From a virus, in IMG/VR virus record IMGVR_UViG_3300035698_015907: 64,000 nt of DNA. The stretch is one strand, 5' to 3'. Position numbers and translations under genes: made by a program. This document shows, in pieces, positions 47,082-54,461 of this stretch (position 1 is the stretch's first letter; each line of letters begins with the position of its first letter). Below the pieces are notes generated by a model. It ran no database searches and was not told where the DNA came from. It worked only from the letters and a program-made list of their open reading frames with translations.

Positions 47082-48758
47082 TTAATGTATGCCCGGATGT
47101 CTTAACTTCTTAGACTTAGCAAGCAAACTATGATACTTAGGATCATTATGAGGCTCTTCTGATTTTCCACCAGAACTTACCCACTTATTAGCAGCATCAT
47201 GGAAAGTTTTTACTGCCTTAGAACGAAGATCTTTGCTTTTCTTAGCTTGTGCTTTTACTTGTGCAGGATTTCTCTTTTCATGCGCAGTGAAGTGTACACC
47301 ATGATCAACCCACTGGGAATGATGATTGATGTGATTCTCCGCATGTTCTTTAGTCTGAAATTCCTTAGCTTTAGATTCATCTGGTGTATGAAGTATATTT
47401 CCAGCACCACCATGCTTCTTAGCTGCTACAAACTGGTGAGAAAATGTTCCTTCTCTATTGTAGTTGTGCTTAATTACATTATACTTTCCAGCTTCTGCGT
47501 GAGTTTTGGAAGATTTATTGTCAATCCTATTAAGCTTTCCATAATCAAAATCTGACTGGTGCAATAGACCAGAATGAATGTGATGGATTTCACCACTTGG
47601 GTGATGAATAATAGCAGATTCTCCATCAGGAGATTTTGAAATCTTTGAACCCTGAGGAGCAACATGCTGAGTAGCCCAGTGCTGATCTAGATGATCATGA
47701 GTTATTGGAGATGGCTTAGAAGTTGTAACAGCACGGGCTTCTTCAACATTCTTTACATCACCATTCCAATCGGCATACTTCTTTTCATCTTCACCTGGAA
47801 CTACTGGCTTCTCATTTCTCTTAATGTTAGCAGCTCGGAAGACTTCATCTCCATTGCCATTTCTGTCAGCAATCTGTTCGCCAGCATCTTTGTGCTTCTT
47901 TACAAAACTCTGTTCATCTTCAGTATTTCCATCATACTCTGACCACTTTCTAGCAGGACGAACTATAATGTCTTTAAGTTTCTTTGGCGCAAATTTGTCT
48001 GCCATGATTTCATCAATCTCCTGAGACTCAGACCAAGTATGCATACTATGCGTTGGCCTATTTTTTGTTTGTAATATTCCCTTTTCGATATGGGGATGGG
48101 TCTTTTCCATTCTTTTAGACCATTTTCCGCTTGCATCTTTAACATGCACAGCTTCCCCGCCGCCATGCAAATCTTTAACAGCTTTACTTACTATCATGTG
48201 TGCAGATGAAGTTTTCATAGCCCCATGTAATTCTCTTGAATCACCTTTTGGATTAGTATGAGTCACAGAATTATCGTGATTAATAGTCAATACATGTTTT
48301 CCAGTTGTACTATGACTACCAGCAGAACCACTTTTATCCATATGTGGTTCTATTCTTTCACTACTTTTATTCTTAGCAGCTGCAACTACGGGGTGGACAT
48401 AATCAGCTTTTGGCTTAATTTTTACTTCTGGTGCAGAATTATCGAACTTTTGAAACTTTCCGCCAGCTCCTCTTTTTACACCTGAAACAGGAGCTTTCTT
48501 TCCATCCATAGTAGGTTCAACCCTTTTATGAATAGGAACTTTCTTTGAAAATAGACCTTCATTAACATCAGTATCATCTGATTCAACAATACCTTGGTGC
48601 TTAGAAACATTCACGTTCCAAAATCTCCTGCTTAATTCGTACTTAACTTTACGCTTTGCATCTTTAGGATCGTCTGCACGCACCTTAAACTTCATGGTTT
48701 TTGTACCATGAATATCATGTGTTGCAGCTACGTGTATGTTATGTACATCTTCTTTCAT
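47082..48758 (-). CDS. His/Lys-rich modular protein, candidate internal head protein
   Basis: IVE, VNE, IDE, VEE boundaries between basic modules. Confidence 0.7.
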   Translation of the reverse strand: MKEDVHNIHVAATHDIHGTKTMKFKVRADDPKDAKRKVKYELSRRFWNVNVSKHQGIVESDDTDVNEGLFSKKVPIHKRVEPTMDGKKAPVSGVKRGAGGKFQKFDNSAPEVKIKPKADYVHPVVAAAKNKSSERIEPHMDKSGSAGSHSTTGKHVLTINHDNSVTHTNPKGDSRELHGAMKTSSAHMIVSKAVKDLHGGGEAVHVKDASGKWSKRMEKTHPHIEKGILQTKNRPTHSMHTWSESQEIDEIMADKFAPKKLKDIIVRPARKWSEYDGNTEDEQSFVKKHKDAGEQIADRNGNGDEVFRAANIKRNEKPVVPGEDEKKYADWNGDVKNVEEARAVTTSKPSPITHDHLDQHWATQHVAPQGSKISKSPDGESAIIHHPSGEIHHIHSGLLHQSDFDYGKLNRIDNKSSKTHAEAGKYNVIKHNYNREGTFSHQFVAAKKHGGAGNILHTPDESKAKEFQTKEHAENHINHHSQWVDHGVHFTAHEKRNPAQVKAQAKKSKDLRSKAVKTFHDAANKWVSSGGKSEEPHNDPKYHSLLAKSKKLRHPGIH

Positions 48759-48760
48759 TT

Positions 48761-49492
48761 TTATCTGTTTTTATTGTGGGTAAAATACACATCAAAATGA
48801 TGTGCATCAGCCACTTTTATGTCACTATAATTTTTAAAATTTTTATATTCACCACTTCTTTTATTATCAGAACCTAGTCTGCCTCTAACTCTAACATCTA
48901 CTTTACCATTGCTTTTGCCAACAACATGTTTATTAACATGAGAAGCAATACCACGAATTAAATCTAGATGAGCTTTTCCTTCAGCATCATTATTAACTGA
49001 AGTAAAATAACTACCACTAGATCTTTTCTGAGCTTCGTCTAGCTCTTCTGAATCATCTTCATCCATAAGATCTTCGAATGTAGTAGCTATTAGATCATAA
49101 AGCTCTTCATCATCTTCAATTTCTTCGAGAATGAAAACAGCGTCTTCATCATCTAGAACTGATTCACTAATGAGATCTTCATCATCGAATTCAGTCTCTT
49201 CTTCAGTTGTTTCTAGCTCATCTTCATCAGCAGCATTATAACCAAATACTTGCTGAGACATTTCTTCTTTTCTGCTTCCGACTGCAGTAGCAATCTTATC
49301 AGCCATAATGTCTTTAATGTTATCAGCAAATCTTACACGATTGCCGCTAAACATTGCATCAAGAGCATTATACATATTATCGCTATAACCATCCGGCTCT
49401 GGCTGCTTAATTGGTTCTACTTCATAAGTAACACCATGCTGCTCATAGCTTTCATTATTTTCTTTCTTAGACATTTTTGGTCTCCTAACCAT
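48761..49492 (-). CDS. Prohead core-like protein (gp67 position) with acidic middle and basic tail
   Basis: Directly downstream of the portal; F..NIKDIMADKI...V..RKEE. Confidence 0.65.
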   Translation of the reverse strand: MVRRPKMSKKENNESYEQHGVTYEVEPIKQPEPDGYSDNMYNALDAMFSGNRVRFADNIKDIMADKIATAVGSRKEEMSQQVFGYNAADEDELETTEEETEFDDEDLISESVLDDEDAVFILEEIEDDEELYDLIATTFEDLMDEDDSEELDEAQKRSSGSYFTSVNNDAEGKAHLDLIRGIASHVNKHVVGKSNGKVDVRVRGRLGSDNKRSGEYKNFKNYSDIKVADAHHFDVYFTHNKNR

Positions 49493-51134
49493 CTCTTAGA
49501 ATTGTTGGATCGGGTTTTAGTAGCTGAGGAGGCATAATATTCCCAGTCTGGGGATCTATTACTATTCCATCAGCTTGTGCTCTATTGAATAGCTCCTTCT
49601 GTAGATCTAGGTCTTCAAGCTTGCCCTGAGTTGCCGCGATCTTTTCTTCTTCAGCTTCAACAGAAATTTCGTTTCTCATATCTTCTATCTCATTTTCAGA
49701 TAGCTTCAATATATGATTCCATATAGACTTTTTTGACCAATACTTTCCAACAAAACTTTCTGTTTGTGGTTCTAAAAGCTGCAATGTTTCAATTCTCATC
49801 TTCATAATTTCTGCTTCGCGGACTTCTGAATAATAAGAGTCCTTAGCATATCTTACTTTGATGTTAACGAAATTGTCATCCCATTCATCAACTCTTATTA
49901 TTTTCTTAAGAACTAGCTGCCTTTCTAGCGCTAACAAAAGTACTTCAGAAAACTTGAGTCTTAATCTATTTATGAATCTTGCAAATTTGTCTTCATCTCG
50001 TGAAATTTCAGTACCTCTTCCGAGCTGGAACATAGACTGAGATTCGAGTCTACCAGCTGGAACATTAAGAGACTTATATAGCTGACGCAAGAAATATTCA
50101 ACATCAGACATTTCACCTAGATTCTGACCTGCGGGAAGTGTAGAAATTTCAGTACCTCTACCACCTTCACGTCTTGGAAGCCAAAAGTCTTCCAACATAG
50201 TCATAAATTTACGATCATCCCTAACTTCACCAGTAGCAGAGTCGTAAACAATTCTATTCTTGAATTTTTCCATCAATGACTGCACATACTGTTCAGCCTT
50301 TGTTCTTGGTAGGTTACCAACATCAATATAGAAAATTCTTCTTTCAGGAGCTCTAGATATGCGGTAAATAACAACCGAATCTTCAAGCGCTCTTAGATTA
50401 TTAAGAGGCTTAATAGCTTTTTGAAGATATGAAACTACTATTGTGTGGGATTTGTCTAGAAGATCTGAAGTAACTTCAATAATAGAGTCTTTAGCTATTC
50501 TTGTGCCTTCGGAATTTCCTTGCACATCCATAGTGCCAGTTACTTTAGAGAAACCTTTTGGATTGAACAAATAATATTCTTGTTCAAATTCAATAGCTGA
50601 TATGCTCTTGCCTCTATTTGGCTCCGTTCTCTTTAGTTCTTTGATTTTTCTGACTTTGCGTGGATCAATAAAGCGCAAATCTTTAATGCCAGCGCCTGGA
50701 TTGTCTACATCAATGACTACGTGGAAATATATTCTTCCATCAATATACCACTGACGGAATAATCTATAAGCATCAAGATTGAAACGATACAATTTTGAAA
50801 CGTTTTCAAATTCTTCTCTTATATTTTTTTTTATTTTGTCACTAAATTTTGTATCATCTAAATTTAGTGTTACAATGGGCTCGTTTGAATCCTGCACAAT
50901 TGCTTCATTAACAATATCTTCAATAGCTGAATCCACTTCTGGGTGTCCTGCTAGCTCACGATACTTATTAATAAGTTGTGCTTGTGAACGGACTGATCCG
51001 TCCATATCAACATAGGTACCAAACACACCGGCCGGAGCAACAACCATTGCTCCGTCGTCAGATTCCTTCGGTACGAATGAAGGCTCTTTCGCGGGATTGT
51101 CTGTCCTACGAATTTCAAAACCAAATAATTTCAA
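49485..51134 (-). CDS. gp20: Portal protein
   Basis: LFGFEI, YRISRAPERRIFYIDVGNLP, EDFWLPRREGGRGTEI. Confidence 0.97.
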   Translation of the reverse strand: MKLFGFEIRRTDNPAKEPSFVPKESDDGAMVVAPAGVFGTYVDMDGSVRSQAQLINKYRELAGHPEVDSAIEDIVNEAIVQDSNEPIVTLNLDDTKFSDKIKKNIREEFENVSKLYRFNLDAYRLFRQWYIDGRIYFHVVIDVDNPGAGIKDLRFIDPRKVRKIKELKRTEPNRGKSISAIEFEQEYYLFNPKGFSKVTGTMDVQGNSEGTRIAKDSIIEVTSDLLDKSHTIVVSYLQKAIKPLNNLRALEDSVVIYRISRAPERRIFYIDVGNLPRTKAEQYVQSLMEKFKNRIVYDSATGEVRDDRKFMTMLEDFWLPRREGGRGTEISTLPAGQNLGEMSDVEYFLRQLYKSLNVPAGRLESQSMFQLGRGTEISRDEDKFARFINRLRLKFSEVLLLALERQLVLKKIIRVDEWDDNFVNIKVRYAKDSYYSEVREAEIMKMRIETLQLLEPQTESFVGKYWSKKSIWNHILKLSENEIEDMRNEISVEAEEEKIAATQGKLEDLDLQKELFNRAQADGIVIDPQTGNIMPPQLLKPDPTILRDG

Positions 51135-51173
51135 ATTAAAAACTCACTCTCTTCATTTAAGAAGGCTGGATGG

Positions 51174-51204
51174 ATAGAATGGGCAGATTTCCCGCCCATT
51201 CTAT
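51174..51204. terminator. Hairpin between gp19 and gp20 overlapping a variant late promoter (AATAAATA)
   Basis: atagaatgggc...gcccattctat. Confidence 0.55.
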
Positions 51205-51244
51205 TTATTACAGTAATCTGGTGATGTTTCTCACCATATCATTA

Positions 51245-51880
51245 TTATAGTACTGGACTCCAGTTCTTTGCAGAACCATCAACTCCTAGATACTTACCAG
51301 TACCACCAGAACCATTATAGTTCTCATCAGCACCTGGTACCCAATAGTCGTATGCCAAAGTTACCTGGAAAGTCTCAATCTGGTTGGTTGCACCCCAATC
51401 TAGTCTGATTGGTGATACTTCAACCGGGAACATGCCTGAGAAGGTATAAGCTCTAATAGCATCTTCAACATCATTACCAGCTTTTTCTTTAGATAGCTGA
51501 TAAACTGTAGCTACTGACTTATATCCAAGACCCGCAAATTCTGGGTCCTTTTTATTAGAAACATGAGTGTTTATGCCATTAAGCCACGACTCGAAAGCCG
51601 CCTTAATAACGAAGTCTTCGTCGTTGAGGACTTCAATATTCCAGTCTGCGAAGGTTCTATTTCCTTCAAGCTTAACAGTTCTACCGAAATAGTGAACTGG
51701 AACTTGTTCTACTCTAGTTTCTGGTAGAGATGCAGCCTGGGCAAGAAACCTCAGTCTGTTGTTCTCTGCCGTGCCATTAGATGCAAGGGATGGGAACGAA
51801 ACCGAAACTTCGAAAAGAGTTGGTCTCGCACCATCAAACTTGAGACCCTCAGCCCTGAATGCGTTAACGTCGAATGCCAT
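51245..51880 (-). CDS. gp19: Tail tube protein
   Basis: GARPTLFEV, AASLP, FGR.VK..G.RTF.DW, NDEDF, YDYW. Confidence 0.95.
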   Translation of the reverse strand: MAFDVNAFRAEGLKFDGARPTLFEVSVSFPSLASNGTAENNRLRFLAQAASLPETRVEQVPVHYFGRTVKLEGNRTFADWNIEVLNDEDFVIKAAFESWLNGINTHVSNKKDPEFAGLGYKSVATVYQLSKEKAGNDVEDAIRAYTFSGMFPVEVSPIRLDWGATNQIETFQVTLAYDYWVPGADENYNGSGGTGKYLGVDGSAKNWSPVL

Positions 51881-51900
51881 TTGTATCTCCTAAGTGGTCA

Positions 51901-54417
51901 TTACCCGTTCGGGGTTATGAGCTCGGTGAATGCTACACCAGTTGGGGTAGCAATAAAGTTCAGGGTTATGAAGTTGATGCTCCTAGCCGGCTTGATATAA
52001 ATGTCTCCGACAAACTCATTCCTGTCAATTACGTCAGGAGGATTGTTTGTTGAGTCACATACAACTAAGAAGTCAGTGATACCTCTTCTACCCTGTACTG
52101 TTCTTAGATACGGGATCACTAGATTTCTAAAGGCTGCTCTAGTGAAGGCATCATTGAATTCGAATAGGATATACCTAGCCGAGGCAGAGATTGACTTCTC
52201 AAGAACTATAAAGAGTCTACGAACATTAATTCTATCAAAAGCTGATGGCTTAGCAAGAAGGGTCTTATCTCCTAGTAGAAGATGTCCTTCACCCTTCATA
52301 TTAATAACCGGGTTAACTCCATTCTTATAGAGTAGATCCCTGTCAGCTTTACGAGGATTGTAAGCCAAACGAATAATATTCTTTATCTTACCTCTATTTA
52401 GGCCAGCTGGAGACCACCAAGCATCATTTGTATGCTCTGTTCTTGCAGTTAATCCAGCCATATCACCATTAAGTGGAATATACCTGTATAGATTATTATA
52501 TCTATCGTAAGTATATTTGTATCCAGAGTCTAAGAATGCATAAGATGTACTTCTTAGAGTATCTCTGAATGATACAACATCAACAGCTTCACTGCCTTCA
52601 TTATTAACAACGTCGCCTCTATCTGGTGATACAAACACAACACAATCTTTTCTGACTTCAGCAATGTTATCAATTAGATAATTGGCAAGCTGTCCACCTG
52701 CAGTTCCGCCTCTTGCTTTACCAGCAATTAGGAGAGATACATCAACTTCTTCACCTGGAACATATAGGTCCCAAGCATTAGATAGAACACCGATAGCAAT
52801 AGTTGATTCATCAGAACCATCAGTACCATACTTGAATGAACTCGTTAGAGGAGTGTCATTTATAGATGAAGCTATATTAGCACCGTTTGCTGAAGCTGCG
52901 CCAGACCTATCATTAACAATCCAAACATACTTAGATGTCTGATTGATTTCAGTCTTATAATAGTTTGGCTGACCATCTTCTGATGTAGAGTCAGTAGCTC
53001 TTGAAAGCTTTTCGAACTTCTCAAGAATACTTCCTGGTACACCAGTGAATTTGCCATCCTCATCAACAACCACTACGTGAATTTCGTCATTGGCTGATGT
53101 GTTACCATTACCTAGAACGTATGAAGTTTGTCCAGGTGCAACATCAAATACATCAAAGAACTCCCACTTCCTCTGAATTGAGGTGAGTGAAGTATTTTGT
53201 GACTTCTTATACTTATCTTCTAAAGATAGATTAAAGGAAGCCGTAGTACCAGATATTGGAGCCCAATCAGATGCAGTATTAGTGAAAGCACCGTTAGTTT
53301 CTAGGACCGCAGTATTTGAATCTGCAACACTTGCTATCTTATGAGTTGTATAAGATGTAGCATTAGAGAATACTGCAATAAAGTCGCCTGCATCTAATAA
53401 AGCAAATGCACCATTATCAGAATCTACGGCTGTAGTACCAGATGATACATTGATTGTGTCAGCAGAATTTGCTGAGATTGTAACATTTGAAACACTTCCT
53501 ACTGCAGTAACTTTGATGTGCTGCTGACCAACAAGAGTATTTCCTGATACTATAACATCTCCAACTGATACGTCAGCTATAACGGCTGCTGCAAAAGAGT
53601 TGAATGTGTTAACATCAAAGGTTGTTAGATCCGAATTAGCACCGATTGAAACTGTTGCAGTATTCGAGTCAACACCGAATGATATATTACCAGTCAAATT
53701 TCCTGTATTGCTTAGGCCGATGTTTGACTCAAACGAACTTGAAGAGTCACAAACAGAAATCTTAAGAGAATTTCCGATAGCACCTGGCCATTTAGCAATG
53801 AAAACCACATCAGAATCAAAGTCTGAAGAGTCGAATTTAGTATCGAAGGAATCACCAGTCTTAATAATCTGATTTGTTAGATTAGAAACTGCTGCAGTGT
53901 TTACTATAGCATTATAAGTTGTAGTATTTGAAACAAACTGCAATGAAACTGCTTCCTCATTCGCAAAAGCATCACTTGATGATGCTAGAGAAATATGAGT
54001 TGCATTGGTTACAGTAATTGTAGTTCCAACATTGATTGAGGATACATTAGAAGCAGCCATTAGGATCATGCCATTTGATAGGCTTGATGTGTTACCGACT
54101 GAAACTGAAGTATTTCCTAGTTCAATATTTGCAGTAACGATAGGAGATACTCCAGTCGTATTAGCTGCTCTTGTTACCCACAGGGAAGAAGCATAAGCTA
54201 GAAAGCCTGCTGCGGAAAAGAATGTTTCTGGGTTAATATTTGTCGGTTTGCCGAACCTGTTAATGAGATTAGCTTCAGAGTCAATTAAAACTCTTTCGTT
54301 AACTGGGCCCCAGCGGAATACACCCGCAGTTGCTCCGAAAGCGGTAGCTTCACCCGGCACACGCAGGGTCTCATCTCTCTCGTTGGTGACAACACCCGGG
54401 CTTATCTGAAAGGCCAT
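51901..54417 (-). CDS. gp18: Tail sheath protein with extended beta-rich insertions
   Basis: SPGV...E.D, FRWGP, WWSPAG.NRG, FDRINVRRLF, IKPARSINFI. Confidence 0.96.
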   Translation of the reverse strand: MAFQISPGVVTNERDETLRVPGEATAFGATAGVFRWGPVNERVLIDSEANLINRFGKPTNINPETFFSAAGFLAYASSLWVTRAANTTGVSPIVTANIELGNTSVSVGNTSSLSNGMILMAASNVSSINVGTTITVTNATHISLASSSDAFANEEAVSLQFVSNTTTYNAIVNTAAVSNLTNQIIKTGDSFDTKFDSSDFDSDVVFIAKWPGAIGNSLKISVCDSSSSFESNIGLSNTGNLTGNISFGVDSNTATVSIGANSDLTTFDVNTFNSFAAAVIADVSVGDVIVSGNTLVGQQHIKVTAVGSVSNVTISANSADTINVSSGTTAVDSDNGAFALLDAGDFIAVFSNATSYTTHKIASVADSNTAVLETNGAFTNTASDWAPISGTTASFNLSLEDKYKKSQNTSLTSIQRKWEFFDVFDVAPGQTSYVLGNGNTSANDEIHVVVVDEDGKFTGVPGSILEKFEKLSRATDSTSEDGQPNYYKTEINQTSKYVWIVNDRSGAASANGANIASSINDTPLTSSFKYGTDGSDESTIAIGVLSNAWDLYVPGEEVDVSLLIAGKARGGTAGGQLANYLIDNIAEVRKDCVVFVSPDRGDVVNNEGSEAVDVVSFRDTLRSTSYAFLDSGYKYTYDRYNNLYRYIPLNGDMAGLTARTEHTNDAWWSPAGLNRGKIKNIIRLAYNPRKADRDLLYKNGVNPVINMKGEGHLLLGDKTLLAKPSAFDRINVRRLFIVLEKSISASARYILFEFNDAFTRAAFRNLVIPYLRTVQGRRGITDFLVVCDSTNNPPDVIDRNEFVGDIYIKPARSINFITLNFIATPTGVAFTELITPNG

Positions 54418-54449
54418 CTACGGTTTGCTCCTTGTAGGATTTTTGTAAG

Positions 54450-54457
54450 TATTTATA
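54450..54457 (-). promoter_or_regulatory. T4 late promoter
   Basis: TATAAATA upstream of gp18. Confidence 0.9.
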
Positions 54458-54461
54458 CGAG

